Shown here: one piece after another, positions 30,348-38,557 of the stretch
Numbering within the stretch: position 1 is the first letter of the stretch
Layout of the letters: the number at the start of each line of letters is the position of its first letter
Made by a program: the position numbers and the translations under genes
Assembly (NCBI GenBank): GCA_946631995.1
Contig: CAMPAQ010000017.1
Location: 16,306 to 80,305 of the forward strand
DNA: 64,000 nucleotides
Direction of reading: 5' to 3'
DNA from: an uncultured Bacteroidales bacterium
GTDB lineage: Bacteria > Bacteroidota > Bacteroidia > Bacteroidales > UBA3663
The notes under the pieces: model-generated
The model's database searches: none
What the model saw: the letters and a program-made list of their open reading frames with translations, nothing else
What the model was told of the DNA's origin: nothing

Positions 30348-30824
30348 ATGGGACTCATTACAAACTATTTCCGAAACTACGTGAATTTTTCAGGTCGCAC
30401 GTCACGCAGCGACTATTGGCTCACGTCATTCTACCTGTTCCTGATTGCGTTGCCCATCTGCATATTCTTCGGTGTGGGCTGTTATTTGGGAATGAAGGCA
30501 ATCGAAAATGCATCTTCGACCGAGGACTATACCGCATTTTTCGCCCATCCGATTACCGTTGCCGGCATATTAATCATGACGCTATTCGTGCTGGCTACCT
30601 TCCTTCCGACCATGTCGATGATGGTGCGCCGTCTGCGCGATGCAGGACAATCGCCTTGGTGGGCTGCGGTCTCCTATGGCATTACGTTGCTGAAAGGATT
30701 CCTACCTTTCGGCAAGCCCATCAACTTCATCGTAACGGTCTACATCCTGATTCTTCTGTGCAAGCCAAGCGTAAAAGACTTTGATTCCAACCACACAACC
30801 GATTCAGAAACCACTACAAAATAA
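30348..30824 (+). CDS. DUF805 (YhaH-like) inner membrane protein
   Basis: FSGRTSRSDYWLTSFYLFLI is the DUF805 signature; multi-TM, 158 aa. Confidence 0.75.
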   Translation: MGLITNYFRNYVNFSGRTSRSDYWLTSFYLFLIALPICIFFGVGCYLGMKAIENASSTEDYTAFFAHPITVAGILIMTLFVLATFLPTMSMMVRRLRDAGQSPWWAAVSYGITLLKGFLPFGKPINFIVTVYILILLCKPSVKDFDSNHTTDSETTTK

Positions 30825-30836
30825 TTACACACAACT

Positions 30837-33836
30837 ATGAAAAAGATTTCTTTGATTTTGCTTGCAGTCCTCTCACTGACGGCGTGCAAGAGGGATTCGT
30901 CCGTAGTCTATCTGAACGGCGACGACGACGACATCATCATCCGTGTAGATGACGGCATGAAGGTCAACCTGACGGTCAACTGGAGCGATCTCGCCACCGC
31001 TCCGGACGGCATGACGGTCTATCTCTACCCGACGGGCAACGACACCGTGGACAGCACCGTCCGCTCGTGGCACTTCGACAACGTGCAGTCGGCTTCGGTC
31101 ACGGTACCCGAACAGGACTATTCCGTCATCTGTTTCAACCAGTCGGAGAACGAGCTTGCCGGCTACGTGTTCGATTTCCGCGACTACGCGACCGCAACGG
31201 TGACGGCCAAGGACCTGTCGAACCTTGCGCCATTGGCCATAGCCTCGATGAGCTCGCTGCAATCGACCCGAGCCCTGAACCTGATGGGCGTGCTCAAGCC
31301 GGTGAATGTGGTCAAGACGATGTCGCTCAAGATCCACGTAGCGGGCTTCAACGAGCGCGTCGAAGTGAAGGGTACGCTGTCCAACATGCCCGCCGGCGTG
31401 ACCATGTGCGACCGCAAGCCGCTGCCCAAGCCCGTTGACCTGACACTGCCGACGAAGGACTGGACGGTCAAGGCGACATCCGACGACGAGATCGACCTGG
31501 ACATCACGTTCAATTCCTTCGGCATATTCATGGACGATGAGACCCGCGCGGCAGGCAGCGGTGACGACGACTTTGTGGCCGAAACCAGAGTCGCGCTCGA
31601 CGACAGCGACCTGCGCAACATCCTGCACCTCGAAATCACAGCCGAGGACGGCACCGTCACGAAGCTCGACTACGATGTCACCCAGGAGCTCATCCGTCAA
31701 TATCGCATAGCGATCGAGAGCGAGGCGACAAGCTCCAACTCCACACCGCAGTTTGACAACCAGTTTTTCTTCTCGTACCATGCGGCCGACACCACAGCGA
31801 CCCTGGTCAGCGGCGTGGCCATGGGCAAGGTGGAGATTCCGGAGTACGTCCAGCATGACGGCCTGTCGTACAAGGTGACGGAAATCGGGGCACAGGCTTT
31901 TCGTGGCTGCACATATATGACATCCGTTTCCATCCCCGAAAGCGTGACCCGAATACGAAGTTATGCATTTGCGGAATGCGCCGGCCTATCGTCCCTCTCA
32001 TTGCCACAGTCGCTTAGGTTCATCGGAGTAAGAGCCTTTGACCAATGCCGAACTCTGACCGAAGTCACAATTCCGGAGCAGGTGGACAGTTTAGGAGGCT
32101 ATGCATTCGGTAATTGCCAGATGCTTACGAAAGTCAATTACAACGCGCGGCATTGCAATTATGATTATGATGAAAGTGCATTCACACATATTAGTGAGGG
32201 TGACACAGGTCTGGGCGTCACGACATTGAACATCGGAAATCAGGTTGAACATATCCCTGCTTGGGTATTCTCGGAGCTCAGTAACCTGAAGACCATGACA
32301 ATCCCGAATTCAGTGACAAGCATCGGCAGTAGTGCGTTCTCTCGTTGCACTGGCCTGACAAGCGTCACGATTCCGAGCAGCGTGACCAGCATCGGCAGCA
32401 GTGCGTTCTCTCGTTGCACTGGGCTGACAAGCATCACGATTCCGAGCAGCGTGACGAGCATCGGCGACGGTGCGTTCTATGATGTCGCGAATGTTGTTTA
32501 CAACGGCTCAGCAGAGGGCGCGCCGTGGGGAGCATTCATCATAAACGGTATCGTTGAAGATGGTATTGTCTTTGACGCTGAAAAAACGCAACTTATAAAG
32601 TATTGCGGAAATGGTGGTGATGTCACTATCCCTGCGACGGTTACAAGCATCGGCGAAAGTGCGTTCTCTCGTTGCACTGGCCTGACAAGCGTCACGATTC
32701 CGAGCAGCGTGACAAGCATCGGCGACGATGCGTTCGATGGCTGCACTGGCCTGACAAGCGTCACGATTCCAAGCAGCGTGACGAGCATCGGCGACTATGC
32801 GTTCTCGGGCTGCACTGGCCTGACGAGCGTCACGATTCCGAGCAGCGTGACGAGCATCGGCGACTATGCGTTCCAGTATTGCTCTGGCCTGACAAGCGTC
32901 ACGATTCCGAGCAGCGTGACGAGCATCGGCAGAAGTGCGTTCAATGACTGCACTGGACTGACAAGCGTCACGATTCCGAGCAGCGTGACAAGCATCGACA
33001 ACTATGCGTTCTATGGCTGCACTGGCCTGACGAGCGTCACGATTCCGAGCAGCGTGACGAGCATCGGCTACAATGCGTTCTATGATGTCGCGAATGTTGT
33101 TTACAACGGCTCAGCAGATGGCGCGCCGTGGGGAGCAAACAAAATCATATCTGGAGTCGTTGATGGTGATTTTATCCTTGCTGACGAAGAAAAGACCAAA
33201 CTTACAAAGTACATCGGCAAAGGTGGAAATGTCACTATCCCTGCGACGGTGACAAGCATCGGCGACAATGCGTTCCGAGGCTGCACTGGGCTGACAAGCG
33301 TCACGATTCCGAGCAGCGTGACAAGCATCGGCAGAAGTGCGTTCAATGACTGCACTGGACTGACAAGCGTCACGATTCCGAGCAGCGTGACAAGCATCGG
33401 CGACTTTGCGTTCGACGGCTGCACTGGCTTAACAAGCGTCACGATTCCGGACGGCGTGACCAGCATCGGCAACTTTGCGTTCTCAGGCTGCACTGGCCTG
33501 ACAAGCGTCACGATTCCGGACGGCGTGACAAGCATCGGCAAATGTGCGTTCTATGGCTGCACTGGCCTGACAAGCGTCACGATTCCGGACGGCGTGACAA
33601 GCATCGGCGACGGTGCATTCTATGGCTGCACTGGCCTGACAAGCGTCACGATTCCGAGCAGCGTGACAAGCATCGGCTACCGGGCGTTCTATGGCTGCAC
33701 TGGCCTGACAAGCGTCACGATTCCGAGCAGCGTGACCAGCATCGACGACGATGCATTCTATGGGATTGACATCATTTACTACAATGGAAGTGCATCCGGT
33801 GAACCGTGGGGAGCAAACAAAATAGTTAGGCAGTAA
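30837..33836 (+). CDS. BspA-type leucine-rich-repeat (LRR_5) cell-surface lipoprotein
   Basis: Lipoprotein signal MKKISLILLAVLSLTAC. About 300-aa N-terminal domain, then more than 25 units of CTGLTSVTIPSSVTSIG(D/S/R)xAF (23 aa = 69 bp). The C-terminal cap YYNGSASGEPWGANKIVRQ has two internal near-copies. Confidence 0.85.
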   Translation: MKKISLILLAVLSLTACKRDSSVVYLNGDDDDIIIRVDDGMKVNLTVNWSDLATAPDGMTVYLYPTGNDTVDSTVRSWHFDNVQSASVTVPEQDYSVICFNQSENELAGYVFDFRDYATATVTAKDLSNLAPLAIASMSSLQSTRALNLMGVLKPVNVVKTMSLKIHVAGFNERVEVKGTLSNMPAGVTMCDRKPLPKPVDLTLPTKDWTVKATSDDEIDLDITFNSFGIFMDDETRAAGSGDDDFVAETRVALDDSDLRNILHLEITAEDGTVTKLDYDVTQELIRQYRIAIESEATSSNSTPQFDNQFFFSYHAADTTATLVSGVAMGKVEIPEYVQHDGLSYKVTEIGAQAFRGCTYMTSVSIPESVTRIRSYAFAECAGLSSLSLPQSLRFIGVRAFDQCRTLTEVTIPEQVDSLGGYAFGNCQMLTKVNYNARHCNYDYDESAFTHISEGDTGLGVTTLNIGNQVEHIPAWVFSELSNLKTMTIPNSVTSIGSSAFSRCTGLTSVTIPSSVTSIGSSAFSRCTGLTSITIPSSVTSIGDGAFYDVANVVYNGSAEGAPWGAFIINGIVEDGIVFDAEKTQLIKYCGNGGDVTIPATVTSIGESAFSRCTGLTSVTIPSSVTSIGDDAFDGCTGLTSVTIPSSVTSIGDYAFSGCTGLTSVTIPSSVTSIGDYAFQYCSGLTSVTIPSSVTSIGRSAFNDCTGLTSVTIPSSVTSIDNYAFYGCTGLTSVTIPSSVTSIGYNAFYDVANVVYNGSADGAPWGANKIISGVVDGDFILADEEKTKLTKYIGKGGNVTIPATVTSIGDNAFRGCTGLTSVTIPSSVTSIGRSAFNDCTGLTSVTIPSSVTSIGDFAFDGCTGLTSVTIPDGVTSIGNFAFSGCTGLTSVTIPDGVTSIGKCAFYGCTGLTSVTIPDGVTSIGDGAFYGCTGLTSVTIPSSVTSIGYRAFYGCTGLTSVTIPSSVTSIDDDAFYGIDIIYYNGSASGEPWGANKIVRQ
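32300..33770 (+). repeat. near-identical 69-bp tandem repeats (LRR_5 units) with higher-order ~600-bp duplication, inside the BspA-like CDS
   Basis: CTGACAAGCGTCACGATTCCGAGCAGCGTGAC(A/G)AGCATCGGC recurs at least 15 times at 69-bp spacing. TTCTATGATGTCGCGAATGTTGTTTACAACGGCTCAGCAGA(G/T)GGCGCGCCGTGGGGAGCA occurs at ~32476 and ~33078. Confidence 0.9.
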
Positions 33837-33920
33837 AAAAAACTATCGGCCAAAGGAGAAATGACCTTTATGTAAATCCGTTAAGAGTTGGGGGCAAATT
33901 CCCTTTGGCCATTATTGTTG
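33819..33920 (+). repeat. ~100-bp direct repeat, copy A (overlaps the last 4 codons of the BspA-like gene)
   Basis: ATAGTTAGGCAGTAAAAAAAACTATCGGCCAAAGGAG...CCGTTAAGAGTTGGGGGCAAATTCCCTTTGGCCATTA. It contains two hairpins (ATAGTT with AACTAT; GGCCAAAGG with CCTTTGGCC). Confidence 0.8.
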
Positions 33921-33939
33921 AAAAAAAAATATACCCAAA

Positions 33940-34539
33940 ATGGAAGAAATGAAGATTTACCGCAAGCGCGGGATGGCAGTGTTCTCAATCATCTTTTTTT
34001 TGGTCGCAGCCTGTGCCTTGGGCTATTGCATAACCCTCCTCTCCCCGATGATCAGCTCCGAAGATGATCTCTTGATATCGGCCATACTGACGTTCAACGA
34101 GGTGTTGATATGCCTGATTATTGTGTTTATGCTATTGTATGCAATATCCCTATGCATGAAGGTGTTTTCAGACAAGCCCTATATCGTCGTGGGGAAAGAT
34201 TCCGTGACGGAATTCCCTTCATTTGGCGATGAGCAGGTCTTTGCATACCAGGACATTGAGTCCGTCCGGCACAGATTCGTAAAATACAGATATAGAGGCA
34301 GAGCTGGTGCCTATGGAGTCTGGATGATACACATCGTCGAGAAGGAAAATGCCGAAGCAAGACGTGTCCGCGAAGCCTCCGGGCTGACACACTGGCGTCT
34401 GCGTTACCAAAAATTCATGTACGGAGAGCACTTCTTCCTCGAAAGTGAGAACATGACCATGAAGGGAGCCGACATTGCCAAGACAATCAACGAGCGTATT
34501 GCCGCCCACAACGAGCGGCATCGGCCAACAATCGAATAA
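33940..34539 (+). CDS. hypothetical membrane protein (2 TM plus PH-like soluble domain)
   Basis: 199 aa; TM helices AVFSIIFFLVAACALGYCITLL and LICLIIVFMLLYAISL. Flanked by ~100-bp direct repeats. Confidence 0.55.
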   Translation: MEEMKIYRKRGMAVFSIIFFLVAACALGYCITLLSPMISSEDDLLISAILTFNEVLICLIIVFMLLYAISLCMKVFSDKPYIVVGKDSVTEFPSFGDEQVFAYQDIESVRHRFVKYRYRGRAGAYGVWMIHIVEKENAEARRVREASGLTHWRLRYQKFMYGEHFFLESENMTMKGADIAKTINERIAAHNERHRPTIE

Positions 34540-34545
34540 AAAAAT

Positions 34546-34648
34546 CTTTATAGTTAGGCAGTAAAAAAAACTATCGGCCAAGGGGAAAATGCCCTTTTTG
34601 GAAATCCGTTAAGAGTTGGAGGCAAATCCCCTTTGGCCATTACTATTC
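34546..34648 (+). repeat. ~100-bp direct repeat, copy B (downstream of gene 33940..34539, upstream of the TonB_C gene)
   Basis: Roughly 85% identical to copy A and includes the ATAGTTAGGCAGTAA string that forms the stop region of the BspA-like gene. The stem arms change in a compensatory way (GGCCAAGGGG with CCCCTTTGGCC). Confidence 0.8.
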
Positions 34649-34684
34649 TTGTGCTACAAGACTGAAAAACGAAAAAATGAAAAT

Positions 34685-35167
34685 ATGAAAAGGAACAATT
34701 GTCTTTTTGCCATCCTGCTATTGTGTTTATGTGCAATGCCATTGGCTGCTCAAAACGAACCAGCAAGTCAGGAAACGGTGACGACAAATACTCCTCCCAC
34801 CTATCCTGGTGGCGAGCAAGCCTACAAAAAGTTTGTCCAAAAGAATCTGAAATACCCCGACTATTGCAGACAGTTCGAGGCAGAAGGAGTCTGCACAATG
34901 GCATTCATCGTGAATGCAGATGGTACCATCGGTGAAATAGAAGCGAAGAATTGCAAGGTTACACATATAAACTACGCAAAACTCGAGAAATACACGGCTG
35001 AAGAACGAAAGAACATCAAGAAAGAATGTTCTCGACAAATGGCGAAAGAGGGGTTACGCATCATCCGCAAGATGAAGAATTGGAATCCCGCCCGATTGAA
35101 CGGAAAAGCTATTCCATCGACTGTAACACAAGATTTGGATTTCAAAATCGATTATGTTGACGATTGA
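34685..35167 (+). CDS. secreted TonB C-terminal-domain (energy-transducer TonB_C) protein
   Basis: ORF 34616..35167 trimmed to MKRNNCLFAILLLCLCAMPLAAQ. PPTYPGGEQAYKKFVQKNLKYP ... GVCTMAFIVNADGTIGEIEA matches the TonB_C fold. Confidence 0.65.
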   Translation: MKRNNCLFAILLLCLCAMPLAAQNEPASQETVTTNTPPTYPGGEQAYKKFVQKNLKYPDYCRQFEAEGVCTMAFIVNADGTIGEIEAKNCKVTHINYAKLEKYTAEERKNIKKECSRQMAKEGLRIIRKMKNWNPARLNGKAIPSTVTQDLDFKIDYVDD

Positions 35168-35219
35168 CGAACAACACACAAAAATCCGACAACGAGCGAT
35201 AAGGTTTGCTCGAAGGGGC

Positions 35220-36071
35220 TTATTCTTCTCCCTTCACCGCCTCGCAAATCCTGACAGCCTCAACAGCCTCGCGCACATCGTGTACGCGCAGGATGTGTGC
35301 GCCCGCCTCGACGGCCAATGTGTTGAGCACGGTCGTGCCATTGAGCGCGTGGTCCGGGTCATTACCCAAGAGTTTGAAGATCATGCTCTTGCGGCTGATG
35401 CCGACCAGCATCGGGTAGGCAGGGAAATCGGCGATGAGCTGCGGCAGGCGGCGTATCCAGAGGTAATTGTCGGCCAACGTCTTGGAAAAGCCGTAGCCCG
35501 GGTCGAGGATGACCGTGCCGCGCGTGCTACGCGGATTTTGGGCAAAGGCATCGGACAAGGCGGCCAGCCGCTCGCGGAAAAAGTCATCGACCTGCGCGCT
35601 GTCGGCCGTCAGGATGTAGGGGGCGCCGGTGCGTGCCACGACGTCGAACATGGACGCGTCGCGCGTGCCCGAATAGACATCGTTTATAATGTCGGCCCAA
35701 AGTCGGGTGACGGCGGCCTCGGCCACCTCCGCGCGGTAGGTATCGACCGAAACCGGAACATCGGCCGACGCAACCACCTCGCGCACGATGGGCAGACCCC
35801 ACTCAAGGCGGCGCAGCTCCTCGGCGGCCGACGGCGGGGTGTAGCCGGGACGGGTGCTGCACGCGCCGACGTCAATCATCTGAGCACCGTCGGCCAGCAT
35901 CCGGCCAACGCGCCTCCGCAGGGAATCGGCATCGGACGAAACCGGAAAATCGGTGTTCAGCGAGCGGGAACCTGCGAAAAAGGAATCTGGAGTGAGGTTG
36001 ACTATGCCCATCACAATGGGGCGTTCATAATGGAGCTTGCGGCCATCGCGCAAAATGATATCGAAAAACAT
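35220..36071 (-). CDS. folP: dihydropteroate synthase
   Basis: ORF 35220..36428 trimmed to MFFDIILRDGRKL. IVMGIVNLTPDSFF, MIDVGACSTRPG, ILDPGYGFSKT and GISRKS are DHPS motifs. A TATTTTTG -7 box on the minus strand sits about 21 nt upstream of this ATG and supports the shorter start. Confidence 0.8.
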   Translation of the reverse strand: MFFDIILRDGRKLHYERPIVMGIVNLTPDSFFAGSRSLNTDFPVSSDADSLRRRVGRMLADGAQMIDVGACSTRPGYTPPSAAEELRRLEWGLPIVREVVASADVPVSVDTYRAEVAEAAVTRLWADIINDVYSGTRDASMFDVVARTGAPYILTADSAQVDDFFRERLAALSDAFAQNPRSTRGTVILDPGYGFSKTLADNYLWIRRLPQLIADFPAYPMLVGISRKSMIFKLLGNDPDHALNGTTVLNTLAVEAGAHILRVHDVREAVEAVRICEAVKGEE

Positions 36072-36101
36072 AGATTTGCTACTTTTTGTTTGCAAAAATA
36101 C

Positions 36102-36109
36102 ATCGTATT
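36102..36109 (-). promoter_or_regulatory. candidate folP promoter -7 box (TATTTTTG on minus strand)
   Basis: Reverse complement of CAAAAATA at 36102-36109; 21 nt upstream of the chosen folP start. Confidence 0.4.
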
Positions 36110-36260
36110 TCATTTTCTTGCAAAGTATCCGTCGCGATTTCGTTTCAAAAGGAAAACAAAAGTCAGAAATCTGGTTATCTTTACAGCGTAGTAAGCAAAT
36201 GACAACATTCTGCGCCTCAAATCGCACAAAACAAGACACAACTTTAATACTTATACAACT

Positions 36261-36824
36261 ATGATTGAAACTTTCAAATCCTTTGAATTTATGCAGCAGG
36301 TCTATTGGGTAATGGCCCTCGTTGCAAGTGTAGTTTTCGTGATTCAGGGCATCGCGACATTTATCGGTTTCGATGCCGATGCAGAGCCTGTCGATGGCGA
36401 CACGGACTTCGACGACGACGGTTTCCACCTCGTGTCGTTCAAGACCATCGTATGCTTCATCCTGGGCTTCGGATGGACCGGCGCACTGCTCTGGAACTCG
36501 TTTGAAAACCGCGTAGTGCTTGGCCTGATTGCCACCGTGGTCGGCGTCGTCTTCATGTCACTCATCGCCTATCTGCTCTACCTCATCCTGAAGCTGGACA
36601 AGGACAACACCTTCAAGGTGCAGAGCATCGTCGGCACAAATGCAGACGTCTATCTCGCCATCCCTGCGCAGAAGGCCGAGACGGGCAAGATCATGGTGTC
36701 GTACGAAGGTTCGATGCACGAGCTTGAGGCTGTCACGGCCGATGAGGAGCGCATCCCGACCGGTGCAAAAGTGAAGATCGTCGGCATCGAGGCCGGAGAG
36801 GTCGTCGTCGTGACAAAAATCTGA
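36261..36824 (+). CDS. NfeD/YqiJ-like membrane protein (partner of flotillin)
   Basis: N-terminal TM helices, acidic linker, C-terminal OB-fold-like beta region; lies immediately upstream of an SPFH/flotillin gene. Confidence 0.7.
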   Translation: MIETFKSFEFMQQVYWVMALVASVVFVIQGIATFIGFDADAEPVDGDTDFDDDGFHLVSFKTIVCFILGFGWTGALLWNSFENRVVLGLIATVVGVVFMSLIAYLLYLILKLDKDNTFKVQSIVGTNADVYLAIPAQKAETGKIMVSYEGSMHELEAVTADEERIPTGAKVKIVGIEAGEVVVVTKI

Positions 36825-36871
36825 GTACAGATACACCTTTAAATACTTAATCTCTAACACAAAAAAAAATT

Positions 36872-38374
36872 ATGGAAACATTTCTTATTCCAGTCATTCT
36901 GATTGTGGTGGCCATGATTCTGGCATCCGCCCTCCTGAAGCGGTACCGCCGCTGCCCATCGGACAAAATCCTCGTCGTCTATGGCTCGACCGGCAAAGGC
37001 TCGGCCAAATGCGTACACGGCGGCGGCGTCTTCGTATGGCCTGTCATCCAGGACTATGCCTACCTCAACCTGACCCCCATCAGCATCGAGGCCAACCTGA
37101 CCAACGCCCTGTCGCGCCAGAATATCCGCGTCGATGTGCCATGCCGGTTCACCGTCGGCATCTCGACCGAGAGCGATTCGATGAACAATGCCGCCGAACG
37201 CCTGCTCGGACTGTCGGCCAACGACATCCAGGACATGGCGCGAGACATCCTCTTCGGCCAGCTGCGTCTGGTCATTGCCTCAATGTCGATCGAGGAGCTG
37301 AACCAGGACCGCGACGTCTTCCAGGAGAACATCAAGAAGAACGTCGAAATCGAATTGAAGAAAATCGGCCTCAAGCTCATCAACGTCAACATCACCGACA
37401 TCAAGGACGAATCGGGCTACATCGAGGCCCTCGGACAGGAGGCTGCGGCCAAGGCCATCAACGACGCCAAAGTCAAGGTAGCCGAAAAGGAGAACGACGC
37501 CAAAGTCAAGGTGGCCGAGCAGGAAATGGCCGGCGAATCGGGCAAGGCGAAGTTCCAGATGGAGACCCGTAAGGCTGTTGCTGCGGCCAATGCAGAAGCC
37601 GTGAAGGGCGAAAACAACGCCAAGGTCGAAATTGCCAACTCCGAGGCCGACCTGCGCGAACGTGAAGCCGAGGCCCAGCGCCGCGCCACCGCAGCCGAGA
37701 AGATTGCCGCCGCAAAGGCTCTCGAAGAGTCATATTCTGCCGAGCAGAAAGCCGAGCTGGCGCGTGCCGAGCGCGAACGTTCGACGCAACAGGCCAACAT
37801 CATCGTCAAACAGGAAATCGAGAAACAGCGTATCGTCGTCGAGGCCGAAGCCGAGGCCGAACAGAAGCGCGTCACCGCCAAGGGTGAAGCCGACTACGTG
37901 GCTTTCCGAGCCAAAGGTGAAGCCGAAGCCGTCCGCATCAAGGCCGAAGGTGAAGGTGCCGCCGCTGCCGCAAAAGCCAAGGGTGAAGCCGAGGCCATCT
38001 ACGCCAAGATGGAGGCCGAAGCACGCGGCTTGAACGAGGTGCTCACCAAGCAGGCTGCCGGCTACGACAAGATGATTCAGGCTGCCGGAGGCGATGCCAC
38101 AAAGGCATACACGCTGCTCCTGCTCGAGAAGTTGCCGGAACTCGTCAAGACGCAGGTCGAAGCCATCAAGGGCATCAACATCGACAAGGTCACTGTCTGG
38201 GATGGCGGTCAAGGAGCCGACGGCAAGGGCTCGACCGCAAGTTTCGTGTCGAACCTCTACAAGGCCGTTCCACCACTTCAGGATCTGTTCGACCAAGTCG
38301 GCATGAAGTTGCCTGAATACTTGGGTAAGGAAAAGGCATCGGCCAATGCTCCAGAAGCCGAAACTGAAAAGTAA
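36872..38374 (+). CDS. flotillin / SPFH (band-7) family protein (YqiK-like)
   Basis: N-terminal TM, SPFH domain, long Ala/Glu-rich coiled-coil (EAEAEAEQKRVTAKGEAD). Confidence 0.85.
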   Translation: METFLIPVILIVVAMILASALLKRYRRCPSDKILVVYGSTGKGSAKCVHGGGVFVWPVIQDYAYLNLTPISIEANLTNALSRQNIRVDVPCRFTVGISTESDSMNNAAERLLGLSANDIQDMARDILFGQLRLVIASMSIEELNQDRDVFQENIKKNVEIELKKIGLKLINVNITDIKDESGYIEALGQEAAAKAINDAKVKVAEKENDAKVKVAEQEMAGESGKAKFQMETRKAVAAANAEAVKGENNAKVEIANSEADLREREAEAQRRATAAEKIAAAKALEESYSAEQKAELARAERERSTQQANIIVKQEIEKQRIVVEAEAEAEQKRVTAKGEADYVAFRAKGEAEAVRIKAEGEGAAAAAKAKGEAEAIYAKMEAEARGLNEVLTKQAAGYDKMIQAAGGDATKAYTLLLLEKLPELVKTQVEAIKGINIDKVTVWDGGQGADGKGSTASFVSNLYKAVPPLQDLFDQVGMKLPEYLGKEKASANAPEAETEK

Positions 38375-38557
38375 ATCACCAATTGAGGACATCTCAGGAA
38401 AAAGAAGGAGTAAAAGGGACAATCTGAAAGTCTCTTTTACTCCGCTTTTATAAAGGAAATTTCTAAAAATCAAGAATTTGAGATTCGTTTCATCTCTATT
38501 TTTTGAACGTTCCTAACCTGAAAACCTCATAACCTTACAACCTCAAAACCTCACAAT

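Noticed and set aside
32240-33769. Minus-strand and alternative-frame ORFs (MLVTLLGIVTLV..., MHWPDKRHDSEQRD...) inside the LRR repeat array, and the possibility that the 69-bp array is a CRISPR locus
   Set aside because: These are frame artefacts of the tandem repeats. The repeats are in-frame coding units of the BspA-like protein (23 aa each) with no unique spacers, so this is not a CRISPR array.
34616-34684. Longer N-terminal extension (MEANPLWPLLFLCYKTEKRKNEN...) of the TonB_C gene as annotated in the ORF track
   Set aside because: The extension overlaps direct repeat copy B. The internal Met gives a clean signal peptide (MKRNNCLFAILLLCLCAMPLAAQ).
36072-36428. Longer folP start (402-aa ORF-track version, or the MKYDVFLQ... 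start at 36113)
   Set aside because: The extension has no similarity to dihydropteroate synthase N-termini, and a TATTTTTG -7 box lies inside it. MFFDIIL (36071) gives a normal DHPS length of 283 aa.
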